The notes under the pieces: generated by a model | Seen by the model: only the letters and a program-made list of their open reading frames with translations | What the model was told of the DNA's origin: nothing | Databases searched by the model: none | Shown here: positions 39,912 through 54,164 of the stretch, piece after piece | Position numbering within the stretch: the first letter of the stretch is position 1 | Layout of the letters: every line of letters begins with the position of its first letter | Translations under genes and position numbers: made by a program | Assembly: GCF_009914755.1 (NCBI RefSeq) | Contig: NC_060948.1 | DNA from: the human T2T-CHM13v2.0 reference genome, Homo sapiens | Length of the DNA stretch: 64,000 bases | Direction: 5' to 3' (one strand)

Positions 39912-42900
39912 GGCCTGGAATAAAGTGGAATGCTACGGTCTCGAATGGAATAAAAATGTATGGAATGGAATGCAATGAAACGGAATCGAATGTCATAGAA
40001 TGTAATGGAATGCAAAAAAATGGAATCCAAAATCATTGACTGGAAAGGCTGGGTGTCGAAAGGAATTGACTCCAATGGAATGGAATCGAATGGAATGGAA
40101 GTGAATAGAATCGAACTAAATCGAATGGAATGGAATTGATAGGAACGGAATGGAAAGGAATGCAATGATTTGGCATGGAATGGAATCGAATGGCATCGAA
40201 TGGAATGGAATGGAATGCAATGGAATGGAATGTATTAGAATGTAATGAACTTTAATGGAATGTACTCGAATGGATTCGACTGGAATGGAATGTTCTGGAA
40301 GTGAATGGACTCCAATGGAATGGATTCAAAAGGAATGGAATCGTACGGAATGGAATCTAATGGAATGGAATTAAATGGAAATGAATCAAATTGAATAGCA
40401 CGGAATTGAATTGAATGGAATGGAATGCAATGGAATCTAATGAAACGGAAAGGAAAGGAATGGAATGGAATGGAATGGACTGGAATGGAAAGGAATCGAA
40501 ACGAATGGAATGGAATCGAACTGAAGAGACTGGAATGGAATGCACTGGAATGGAAGGGAGTGTAATGGAAGGTTCTCGAAAAAAATGGAATCGAATGGAA
40601 TGGAATTGAATGGAACGGAATAGAGTCGAATGGAATTGAATGGAATGGAATGGACTAGAGTGAAATGGAATCGAACCACAAGGAATGGACAGGAATAGAA
40701 TGGTCTCGAATTGAATGGAATCGTATGGAATGGCATCAAACGGAATGGAATGGACAGCCACGGAATGGAATGCACTCGAATGCAATGGAGTCGAAACTAA
40801 TGGACTGGAATAGAATGGACTCGACTGGTACGGACTCCAATGGAATGGAATCGAATGGAAGGGAATCGAACGGAAGGGAATCGAACGGAATGGACTCGAA
40901 GGGAAAAGACTGCAATGGAAAGGTCTCGAATGGAATGGAAATTAATGGAATGGAATGGAATCGAATGAAATGGAGTCAAAAGGAATGGAATCGAATGGCA
41001 AGAAATCGAATGTAATGGAATAGCCAGGAATTGATGTGAACGGAACGGAATGGAATGGAATCCAAAGGAATGGAATAGAATGGAATGGAATCGAATGGAA
41101 AGGACTCGAATGGAAATCACTCGAATAGAATGCAATTTAATAAAATAGGATCAAATGTAATGGAATGGAATGGAAAGGAATCGAAACGAAAGGAATGGAG
41201 ACAGATGGAATGGAATGGAACAGAGAGCAATGGTATAGAATGGAATGGAATCATCTGGAATGGAATTGAATGGAATGGAATAATATGAAATGGAATGGAA
41301 TGGAATGGAATGGAATGCCCTTGAATTAAATGGACTGGAATGGAATGGACTCAAACAGAGTGGAATGGAAAGTGTGGAGATAGAATGGAATGAACTCCTT
41401 TGGAATGGTGTAGTATGCAATGCAATCGACTGGCAGGGAATCAAAAGGAATGTAATCGAATGGATTGGACTGGAATGCAATGGACTCGAATAGATTGGAA
41501 ACGGAATGCAAAGGAATGGAATGGTATAGTATGGAATGCAATGGAAGGGAATGGAGTGGAATAGACTAGAGTGGAATGGAATGGACTGGAAAGCAATGGA
41601 CTGGAATGGAACTTTCTTGGATGGACTGGAATCAAACGGAATGGAATGCAATGCAATCAAATGGCATGGAATAAAATAGAATGAAAGAGAATCAAATGGA
41701 ATTGAATCAAATGGAATCGAATGGATTGGAAAGGATTAGAATGGAATGGAATGGAATTGACTCAAATGGAATGGACTAGAATGGAATGGATTCGAATGGA
41801 AGGCAAAGGAATGGAATCTATTGGAATGGACTGTAATGGAATGGAATGGAAGGGATTGGAATGGACTCGAATGGAATGGACTGCAATAGAAAGGATTCGA
41901 ATGGAATGAAAAAGAATTGAATGGAATAGAACAGAATGGAATCAAATCGAATGAAATGGAATGGAATAGAAAGGAATGGAATGAAATGGAATGGAAAGGA
42001 TTCGAATGGAATGCAATCGAATGGAATGGAATTGAACGGAATGGAATAAAATGGAAGAAAACTGGCAAGAAATGGAATCGAAATGAATGGAGTGTTATGG
42101 AACGGACTCAAAAGGAATTGAATGTAATAGAATGGAGTGGAGTGGACTCGAATATAATGGACTGGAATGGAATGAAATCACATGGAATGGGAACGAATGG
42201 AATGGAATGGAAAGGAATGGAATCGAATGGAAAGGAATCGAATGGAAGGGAATGAAATTGAATCAACAGGAATGGAAGGGAATAGAATAGACGGTAATGG
42301 AATGGACTCGAATAGAATGGACACGAATGCTCAAATTGAATGGACTCGAATGGAATGGAAACGAAAGGAATGTCATCGAATGGAATTGAATGGATTGGAA
42401 TGAAATCGCATAGAATGGAGTGGAATCAAATGGAATTGAATCGAAAGGAAAGGAAGCGAATGGACTGAAATGAAATGGAATGGAATTGAATGGAAAGTAA
42501 TGCAATGGAATAGAATGGAACGAAATTTCACGGAATGGAATCAAACTGAATGGAATCAAATCAATGGAATCAAATCAAATGGAATGGAAAGGAATTGAAT
42601 GGAGTAGATGGGATTGGATGGGATTGGAATGAAATGTACTGGAAAGGACTCGAATTTCATGAAACGGAATGGAATGAATTGGAACGGAATGGACTCGAAT
42701 GGAATGGAATGTCATGGGATGGCATCAAATGTAATGGCATCAAATGGAATGGAATCGAATGCAATGGAATGCTATGGAATGGAATGGAATGCATTGGAAT
42801 GGAATGTCCTCTAATGGAATGGATTCGAGTGGAATGGAATTGATTATAATGTAGTCGAATGAAATGGAATTGAAAGGAATGGGATCGAATACAATGGAAT

Positions 42901-43485
42901 ATACTGGAATGTAACGTAATGAACTCGAATGTAATTGACTGGAATGGAATGTACATGAATGGAATGTAATCGAATGGAAAGTAATCCAATGGAATAGAAT
43001 CTAATGCAATAAAATCGACTCAGATAGAGTAGAATGTAATGGAATGGAGTGCAGTGCAATGGAATGGAATGGAATGGAATGCAATGGAATGGAATGGAAT
43101 GGAATGGAATGGAATGGAATGGGATGGAATGGTATGGAATGGATATTAATGGACTGGAGTGAAATGGACTGGAAAGGAATGGACTCAAATTGAAAGGTCT
43201 CGAAAGGAATGGAGTCAAATGGAATGGTCTGGAATGGAATGAACACGAATGTAATGCAACCCAATAGAATGGAATCGAATGGCATGGAATATAAAGAAAT
43301 GGAATCGAAGAGAATGGAAACAAATGGAATGGAATTGAATGGAATGGAATTGAATGGAATGGGAACGAATGGAGTGAAATTCTATGCAGTAGAAGAGAAT
43401 AGAATGGAATGCAAGCGAAAGGAAAAGAATGGATTGGAATGGAATGGAATTCATTGGAATGGAAGGGAATGTAGTGTAATGGACA
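39912..43485. repeat. DYZ1 monomer 12 (3574 bp)
   Basis: GGCC-to-GGCC interval. Confidence 0.9.
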
Positions 43486-46400
43486 GGCCTGGAATAAAGT
43501 GGAATGCTACGGTCTCGAATGGAATAAAAATGTATGGAATGGAATGCAATGAAACGGAATCGAATGTCATAGAATGTAATGGAATGCAAAAAAATGGAAT
43601 CCAAAATCATTGACTGGAAAGGCTGGGTGTCGAAAGGAATTGACTCCAATGGAATGGAATCGAATGGAATGGAAGTGAATAGAATCGAACTAAATCGAAT
43701 GGAATGGAATTGATAGGAACGGAATGGAAAGGAATGCAATGATTTGGCATGGAATGGAATCGAATGGCATCGAATGGAATGGAATGGAATGCAATGGAAT
43801 GGAATGTATTAGAATGTAATGAACTTTAATGGAATGTACTCGAATGGATTCGACTGGAATGGAATGTTCTGGAAGTGAATGGACTCCAATGGAATGGATT
43901 CAAAAGGAATGGAATCGTACGGAATGGAATCTAATGGAATGGAATTAAATGGAAATGAATCAAATTGAATAGCACGGAATTGAATTGAATGGAATGGAAT
44001 GCAATGGAATCTAATGAAACGGAAAGGAAAGGAATGGAATGGAATGGAATGGGCTGGAATGGAAAGGAATCGAAACGAATGGAATGGAATCGAACTGAAG
44101 AGACTGGAATGGAATGCACTGGAATGGAAGGGAGTGTAATGGAAGGTTCTCGAAAAAAATGGAATCGAATGGAATGGAATTGAATGGAACGGAGTAGAGT
44201 CGAATGGAATTGAATGGAATGGAATGGACTAGAGTGAAATGGAATCCAACCACAAGGAATGGACAGGAATAGAATGGTCTCGAATTGAATGGAATCGTAT
44301 GGAATGGCATCAAACGGAATGGAATGGACAGCCACGGAATGGAATGCACTCGAATGCAATGGAGTCGAAACTAACGGACTGGAATAGAATGGACTCGACT
44401 GGTACGGACTCCAATGGAATGGAATCGAATGGAAGGGAATCGAACGGAAGGGAATCGAACGGAATGGACTCGAAGGGAAAAGACTGCAATGGAAAGGTCT
44501 CGAATGGAATGGAAATTAATGGAATGGAATGGAATCGAATGAAATGGAGTCAAAAGGAATGGAATCGAATGGTAAGAAATCGAATGTAATGGAATCGCAA
44601 GGAATTGATGTGAACGGAACGGAATGGAATGGAATCCAAAGGAATGGAATAGAATGGAATGGAATCGAATGGAAAGGACTCGAATGGAAATCACTCGAAT
44701 AGAATGCAATTTAATAAAATAGGATCAAATGTAATGGAATGGAATGGAAAGGAATCGAAACGAAAGGAATGGAGACAGATGGAATGGAATAGAACAGAGA
44801 GCAATGGTATAGAATGGAATGGAATCATCTGGAATGGAATTGAATGGAATGGAATAATATGAAATGGAATGGAATGGAATGGAATGGAATGCCCTTGAAT
44901 TAAATGGACTGGAATGGAATGGACTCGAACAGAGTGGAATGGAAAGTTGAGATAGAATGGAATGGACTCCTTTGGAATGGTGTAGTATGCAATGCAATCG
45001 ACTGGCAGGGAATCAAAAGGAATGTAATCGAATGGATTGGACTGGAATGCAATGGACTCGAATAGATTGGAAACGGAATGCAAAGGAATGGAATGGAATA
45101 GTATGGAATGGAATGGAAAGGAATGGAGTGGAATAGACTAGAGTGGAATGGAATGGACTGGAAAGCAATGGACTGGAATGGAACTTTCTTGAATGGACTG
45201 GAATCAAACGGAATGGAATGCAATGCAATCAAATGGCATGGAATAAAATAGAATGAAAGAGAATCAAATGGAATTGAATCGAATGGAATCGAATGGATTG
45301 GAAAGGAATAGAATGGAATGGAATGGAATGGACTAGAATGGAATGGATTCGAATGGAAGGCAAAGGAAATGAATCTATTGGAATGGACTGTAATGGAAAG
45401 GAATGGAAGGGATTGGAATGGACTCGAATGGAATGGACTGCAATAGAAAGGATTCGAATGGAATGAAAAAGAATTGAATGGAATAGAACAGAATGGAATC
45501 AAATCGAATGAAATGGAATGGAATAGAAAGGAATGGAATGAAATGGAATGGAAAGGATTCGAATGGAATGCAATCGAATGGAATGGAATCGAACGGAATG
45601 GAATAAAATGGAAGAAAACTGGCAAGAAATGGAATCGAAATGAATGGAGTGTTATGGAACGGACTCAAAAGGAATTGAATGTAATAGAATGGAGTGGAGT
45701 GGACTCGAATATAATGGACTGGAATGGAATGAAATCACATGGAATGGGAACGAATGGAATGGAATGGAAAGGAATGGAATCGAATGGAAAGGAATCGAAT
45801 GGAAGGGAATGAAATTGAATCAACAGGAATGGAAGGGAATAGAATAGACGGTAATGGAATGGACTCGAATAGAATGGACACGAATGCTCAAATTGAATGG
45901 ACTCGAATGGAATGGAAACGAAAGGAATGTCATCGAATGGAATTGAATCGATTGGAATGAAATCGCATAGAATGGAGTGGAATCAAATGGAATTGAATCG
46001 AAAGGAAAGGAAGCGAATGGACTGAAATGAAATGGAATGGAATTGAATGGAAAGTAATGCAATGGAATAGAATGGAACGAAATTTCACGGAATGGAATCA
46101 AACTGAATGGAATCAAATCAATGGAATCCAATCAAATGGAATGGAGTAGATTGGATTGAATGGGATTGGAATGAAATGTACTGGAAAGGACTCGAATTTC
46201 ATGAAACGGAATGGAATGAATTGGAACGGAATGGACTCGAATGGAATGGAATGTCATAGAATGGCATCAAATGGAATGGCATCAAATGGAATGGAATCGA
46301 ATGCAATGGAATGCTATGGAATGGAATGGAATGCATTGGAATGGAATGTCCTCTAATGGAATGGATTCGAGTGGAATGGAATCGAATATAATGGAGTCGA

Positions 46401-47017
46401 ATGAAATGGAATTGAAAGGAATGGGATCGAATACAATGGAATATACTGGAATGTAATGTAATTAACTGGAATGTAATTGAATGGAATGGAATGTACATGA
46501 ATGGAATGTAATCGAATGGAAAGTAATCCAATGGAATAGAATCTAATGCAATAAAATCGACTCAGATAGAGTAGAATGTAATGGAATGGAGTGCAGTGCA
46601 ATGGAATGGAATGGAATGGAATGCAATGGAATGGAATGGAATGGAATGGAATGGGATGGAATGGTATGGAATGGATAGTAATGGACTGGAGTGAAATGGA
46701 CTGGAAAGGAATGGACTCAAATTGAAAGGGCTCGAAAGGAATGGAGTCAAATGGAATGGTCTGGAATGGAATGAACACGAATGTAATGCAACCCAATAGA
46801 ATGGAATCGAATGGCATGGAATATAAAGAAATGGAATCGAAGAGAATGGAAACAAATGGAATGGAATTGAATGGAATGGAATTGAATGGAATGGGAACGA
46901 ATGGAGTGAAATTGTATGCAGTAGAATGGAATAGAATGGAATGCAAGCGAAAGGAAAGGAATGGATTGGAATGGAATGGAATTCATTGGAATGGAAGGGA
47001 ATGTAGTGTAATGGACA
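43486..47017. repeat. DYZ1 monomer 13 (3532 bp)
   Basis: GGCC-to-GGCC interval; private 2-bp deletion near 44946 and two 15-bp deletions shared with monomer 9. Confidence 0.9.
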
Positions 47018-50000
47018 GGCCTGGAATAAAGTGGAATGCTACGGTCTCGAATGGAATAAAAATGTATGGAATGGAATGCAATGAAACGGAATCGAATGTC
47101 ATAGAATGTAATGGAATGCAAAAAAATGGAATCCAAAATCATTGACTGGAAAGGCTGGGTGTCGAAAGGAATTGACTCCAATGGAATGGAATCGAATGGA
47201 ATGGAAGTGAATAGAATCGAACTAAATCGAATGGAATGGAATTGATAGGAACGGAATGGAAAGGAATGCAATGATTTGGCATGGAATGGAATCGAATGGC
47301 ATCGAATGGAATGGAATGGAATGCAATGGAATGGAATGTATTAGAATGTAATGAACATTAATGGAAGGTACTCGAATGGATTCGACTGGAATGGAATGTT
47401 CTGGAAGTGAATGGACTCCAATGGAATGGATTCGAAAGGAATGGAATCGAACGGAATGGATTCTAATGGAATGGAATTAAATGGAAATGAATCAAATTGA
47501 ATAGCACGGAATTGAATTGAATGGAATCGAATGCAATGGAATCTAATGAAACGGAAAGGAAAGAATGGAATGGAATAGAATGGGCTGGAATGGAAAGGAA
47601 TCGAAACGAATGGAATGGAATCGAACTGAAGAGACTGGAATGGAATGCACTGGAATGGAAGGGAGTGTAATGGAAGGTTCTCGAAAAAAATGGAATCGAA
47701 TGGAATGGAATTGAATGGAAAAGAATAGAGTCGAACGGAATTGAATGGAATGGAATGGACTAGAGTGAAATGGAATCGAACCACAAGGAATGGACTGGAA
47801 TAGAATGGTCTCGAATTGAATGGAATCGTATGGAATGGCATCAAATGGAATGGAATGGACAGCCACGGAATGGAATGCACTCGAATGCAATGGAGTCGAA
47901 ACTAATGGACTGGAATAGAATGGACTCGACTGGTACGGACTCCAATGGAATGGAATCGAATGGAAGGGATTCGAACGGAAGGGAATCGGACGGAATGGAC
48001 TCGAAGGGAAAAGACTGCAATGGAAAGGTCTCGAATGGAATGGAAATTAATGGAATGGAATGGAATCGAATGAAATGGAGTCAAAAGGAATGGAATCGAA
48101 TGGCAAGAAATCGAATGTAATGGAATCGCAAGGAATTGATGTGAACGGAACGGAATGGAATGGAATCCAAAGGAATGGAATAGAATGGAATGGAATCGAA
48201 TGGAAAGGACTCCAATGGAAATCACTCGAATAGAATGCAATTTAATAAAATAGGATCAAATGTAATGGAATGGAATGGAAAGGAATCGAAACGAAAGGAA
48301 TGGAGACAGATGGAATGGAATGGAACAGAGAGCAATGGTATAGAATGGAATGGAATCATCTGGAATGGAATTGAATGGAATGGAATAATATGAAATGGAA
48401 TGGAATGGAATGGAATGGAATGCCCTTGAATTAAATGGACTGGAATGGAATGGACTCAAACAGAGTGGAATGGAAAGTGTTGAGATAGAATGGAATGAAC
48501 TTCTTTGGAATGGTCTAGTAGGCAATGCAATCGACTGGCAGGGAATCAAAAGGAATGTAATCGAATAGATTGGACTGGAATGCAATGGACTCGAATAGAT
48601 TGGAAACGGAATGCAAAGGAATGGAATGGAATAGTATGGAATGGAATGGAAAGGAATGGAGTGGAATAGACTAGAGTGGAATGGAATGGACTGGAAAGCA
48701 ATGGACTGGAATGGAACTTTCTTGAATGGACTGGAATCAAACGGAATGGAATGCAATGCAATCAAATGGCATGGAATAAAATAGAATGAAAGAGAATCAA
48801 ATGGAATTGAATCGAATGGAATCGAATGGATTGGAAAGGAATAGAATGGAATGGAATGGAATTGACTCAAATGGAATGGACTAGAATGGAATGGATTCGA
48901 ATGGAAGGCAAAGGAATGGAATCTATTGGAATGGACTGTAATGGAATGGAATGGAAGGGATTGGAATGGACTCGAATGGAATGGACTGCAATAGAAAGGA
49001 TTCGAATGGAATGAAAAAGAATTGAATGGAATAGAACAGAATGGAATCTAATCGAATGAAATGGAATGGAATAGAAAGGAATGGAATGAAATGGAATGAA
49101 AAGGATTCGAATGGAATGCAATCGAATGGAATGGAATCGAACGGAATGGAATAAAATGGAAGAAAACTGGCAAGAAATGGAATCGAAATGAATGGAGTGT
49201 TATGGAACGGACTCAAAAGGAATTGAATGTAATAGAATGGAGTGGAGTGGACTCGAATATAATGGACTGGAATGGAATGAAATCACATGGAATGGGAACG
49301 AATGGAATGGAATGGAAAGGAATGGAATCGAATGGAAAGGAATCGAATGGAAGGGAATGAAATTGAATCAACAGGAATGGAAGGGAATAGAATAGACGGT
49401 AATGGAATGGACTCGAATAGAATGGACACGAATGCTCAAATTGAATGGACTCGAATGGAATGGAAACGAAAGGAATGTCATCGAATGGAATTGAATCGAT
49501 TGGAATGAAATCGCATAGAATGGAGTGGAATCAAATGGAATTGAATCGAAAGGAAAGGAAGCGAATGGACTGAAATGAAATGGAATGGAATTGAATGGAA
49601 AGTAATGCAATGGAATAGAATGGAACGAAATTTCACGGAATGGAATGAAACTGAATGGAATCAAATCAATGGAATCAAATCAAATGGAATGAAAAGGAAT
49701 TGAATGGAGTAGATTGGATTGGATGGGATTGGAATGAAATGTACTGGAAAGGACTCGAATTTCATGAAACGGAATGGAATGAATTGGAACGGAATTGACT
49801 CGAATGGAATGGAATGTCATGGGATGGCATCAAATGGAATGGCATCAAATGGAATGGAATCGAATGCAATGGAATGCTATGGAATGGAATGGAATGCATT
49901 GGAATGGAATGTCCTCTAATGGAATGGATTCGAGTGGAATGGAATCGAATATAATGGAGTCGAATGAAATGGAATTGAAAGGAATGGGATCGAATACAAT

Positions 50001-50585
50001 GGAATATACTGGAATGTAATGTAATGAACTCGAATGTAATTGACTGGAATGGAATGTAATCGAATGGAAAGTAATCCAATGGAATAGAATCTAATGCAAT
50101 AAAATCGACTCAGATAGAGTAGAATGTAATGGAATGGAGTGCAGTGCAATGGAATGGAATGGAATGGAATGCAATGGAATGGAATGGAATGGAATGGAAT
50201 GGAATGGAATGGAATGGAATGGGATGGAATGGTATGGAATGGATAGTAATGGACTGGAATGAAATGGACTGGAAAAGTATGGACTCAAATTGAAAGGGCT
50301 CGAAAGGAATGGAGTCAAATGGAATGGTCTGGAAAGGAATGAACACGAATGTAATGCAATCCAATAGAGTGGAATCAAATGGCATGGAATATAAAGAAAT
50401 GGAATCGAAGAGAATGGAAACAAATGGAATGGAATTGAATGGAATGGAATTGAATGGAATGGGAACGAATGGAGTGAAATTGTATGTAGTAGAAGAGAAT
50501 AGAATGGAATGCAAGCGAAAGGAAAGGAATGGATTGGAATGGAATGGAATTCATTGGAATGGAAGGGAATGTAGTGTAATGGACA
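47018..50585. repeat. DYZ1 monomer 14 (3568 bp)
   Basis: GGCC-to-GGCC interval. Confidence 0.9.
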
Positions 50586-53500
50586 GGCCTGGAATAAAGT
50601 GGAATGCTACGGTCTCGAATGGAATAAAAATGTATGGAATGGAATGCAATGAAACGTAATCGAATGTCATAGAATGTAATGGAATGCAAAAAAATGGAAT
50701 CCAAAATCATTGACTGGAAAGGCTGGGTGTCGAAAGGAATTGACTCCAATGGAATGGAATCGAATGGAATGGAAGTGAATAGAATCGAACTAAATCGAAT
50801 GGAATGGAATTGATAGGAACGGAATGGAAAGGAATGCAATGATTTGGCATGGAATGGAATCGAATGGCATCGAATGGAATGGAATGGAATGCAATGGAAT
50901 GGAATGTATTAGAATGTAATGAACTTTAATGGAATGTACTCGAATGGATTCGACTGGAATGGAATGTTCTGGAAGTGAATGGACTCCAATGGAATGGATT
51001 CAAAAGGAATGGAATCGTACGGAATGGAATCTAATGGAATGGAATTAAATGGAAATGAATCAAATTGAATAGCACGGAATTGAATTGAATGGAAAGGAAT
51101 GCAATGGAATCTAATGAAACGGAAAGGAAAGGAATGGAATGGAATGGAATGGACTGGAATGGAAAGGAATCGAAACGAATGGAATGGAATCGAACTGAAG
51201 AGACTGGAATGGAATGCACTGGAATGGAAGGGAGTGTAATGGAAGGTTCTCGAAAAAAATGGAATCGAATGGAATGGAATTGAATGGAACGGAATAGAGT
51301 CGAATGGAATTGAATGGAATGGAATGGACTAGAGTGAAATGGAATCGAACCACAAGGAATGGACAGGAATAGAATGGTCTCGAATTGAATGGAATCGTAT
51401 GGAATGGCATCAAACGGAATGGAATGGACAGCCACGGAATGGAATGCACTCGAATGCAATGGAGTCGAAACTAATGGACTGGAATAGAATGGACTCGACT
51501 GGTACGGACTCCAATGGAATGGAATCGAATGGAAGGGAATCGAACGGAAGGGAATCGAACGGAATGGACTCGAAGGGAAAAGACTGCAATGGAAAGGTCT
51601 CGAATGGAATGGAAATTAATGGAATGGAATGGAATCGAATGAAATGGAGTCAAAAGGAATGGAATCGAATGGCAAGAAATCGAATGTAATGGAATCGCAA
51701 GGAATTGATGTGAACGGAACGGAATGGAATGGAATCCAAAGGAATGGAATAGAATGGAATGGAATCGAATGGAAAGGACTCCAATGGAAATCACTCGAAT
51801 AGAATGCAATTTAATAAAATAGGATCAAATGTAATGGAATGGAATGGAAAGGAATCGAAACGAAAGGAATGGAGACAGATGGAATGGAATGGAACAGAGA
51901 GCAATGGTATAGAATGGAATGGAATCATCTGGAATGGAATTGAATGGAATGGAATAATATGAAATGGAATGGAATGGAATGGAATGGAATGCCCTTGAAT
52001 TAAATGGACTGGAATGGAATGGACTCAAACAGAGTGGAATGGAAAGTGTTGAGATAGAATGGAATGAACTTCTTTGGAATGGTCTAGTAGGCAATGCAAT
52101 CGACTGGCAGGGAATCAAAAGGAATGTAATCGAATAGATTGGACTGGAATGCAATGGACTCGAATAGATTGGAAACGGAATGCAAAGGAATGGAATGGAA
52201 TAGTATGGAATGGAATGGAAAGGAATGGAGTGGAATAGACTAGAGTGGAATGGAATGGACTGGAAAGCAATGGACTGGAATGGAACTTTCTTGAATGGAC
52301 TGGAATCAAACGGAATGGAATGCAATGCAATCAAATGGCATGGAATAAAATAGAATGAAAGAGAATCAAATGGAATTGAATCGAATGGAATCGAATGGAT
52401 TGGAAAGGAATAGAATGGAATGGAATGGAATTGACTCAAATGGAATGGACTAGAATGGAATGGATTCGAATGGAAGGCAAAGGAATGGAATCTATTGGAA
52501 TGGACTGTAATGGAATGGAATGGAAGGGATTGGAATGGACTCGAATGGAATGGACTGCAATAGAAAGGATTCGAATGGAATGAAAAAGAATTGAATGGAA
52601 TAGAACAGAATGGAATCTAATCGAATGAAATGGAATGGAATAGAAAGGAATGGAATGAAATGGAATGAAAAGGATTCGAATGGAATGCAATCGAATGGAA
52701 TGGAATCGAACGGAATGGAATAAAATGGAAGAAAACTGGCAAGAAATGGAATCGAAATGAATGGAGTGTTATGGAACGGACTCAAAAGGAATTGAATGTA
52801 ATAGAATGGAGTGGAGTGGACTCGAATATAATGGACTGGAATGGAATGAAATCACATGGAATGGGAACGAATGGAATGGAATGGAAAGGAATGGAATCGA
52901 ATGGAAAGGAATCGAATGGAAGGGAATGAAATTGAATCAACAGGAATGGAAGGGAATAGAATAGACGGTAATGGAATGGACTCGAATAGAATGGACACGA
53001 ATGCTCAAATTGAATGGACTCGAATGGAATGGAAACGAAAGGAATGTCATCGAATGGAATTGAATCGATTGGAATGAAATCGCATAGAATGGAGTGGAAT
53101 CAAATGGAATTGAATCGAAAGGAAAGGAAGCGAATGGACTGAAATGAAATGGAATGGAATTGAATGGAAAGTAATGCAATGGAATAGAATGGAACGAAAT
53201 TTCACGGAACGGAATCAAACTGAATGGAATCAAATCAATGGAATCAAATCAAATGGAATGGAAAGGAATTGAATGGAGTAGATTGGATTGGATGGGATTG
53301 GAATGAAATGTACTGGAAAGGACTCGAATTTCATGAAACGGAATGGAATGAATTGGAACGGAATGGACTCGAATGGAATGGAATGTCATGGAATGGCATC
53401 AAATGGAATGGCATCAAATGGAATGGAATCGAATGCAATGGAATGCTATGGAATGGAATGGAATGCATTGGAATGGAATGTCCTCTAATGGAATGGATTC

Positions 53501-54164
53501 GAGTGGAATGGAATCGAATATAATGGAGTCGAATGAAATGGAATTGAAAGGAATGGGATCGAATACAATGGAATATACTGGAATGTAATGTAATGAACTC
53601 GAATGTAATTGACTGGAATGGAATGTAATCGAATGGAAAGTAATCCAATGGAATAGAATCTAATGCAATAAAATCGACTCAGATAGAGTAGAATGTAATG
53701 GAATGGAGTGCAGTGCAATGGAATGGAATGGAATGGAATGCAATGGAATGGAATGGAATGGAATGGAATGGAATGGAATGGAATGGAATGGAATGGAATG
53801 GGATGGAATGGTATGGAATGGATAGTAATGGACTGGAATGAAATGGACTGGAAAAGAATGGACTCAAATTGAAAGGGCTCGAAAGGAATGGAGTCAAATG
53901 GAATTGTCTGGAATGGAATGAACACGAATGTAATGCAATCCAATAGAATGGAATCGAATGGCATGGAATATAAAGAAATGGAATCGAAGAGAATGGAAAC
54001 AAATGGAATGGAATTGAATGGCATGGAATTGAATGGAATGGGAACGAATGGAGTGAAATTGTATGCAGTAGAAGAGAATAGAATGGAATGCAAGCGAAAG
54101 GAAAGGAATGGATTGCAATGGAATGGAATTCATTGGAATGGAAGGGAATGTAGTGTAATGGACA
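50586..54164. repeat. DYZ1 monomer 15 (3579 bp)
   Basis: GGCC-to-GGCC interval; contains (GGAAT)11 at 53745-53799. Confidence 0.9.
53745..53799 (+). repeat. Perfect (GGAAT)11 microsatellite, the longest copy I counted of the per-monomer variable tract
   Basis: 55 bp of uninterrupted GGAAT between GCAAT and GGGAT. Confidence 0.85.
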
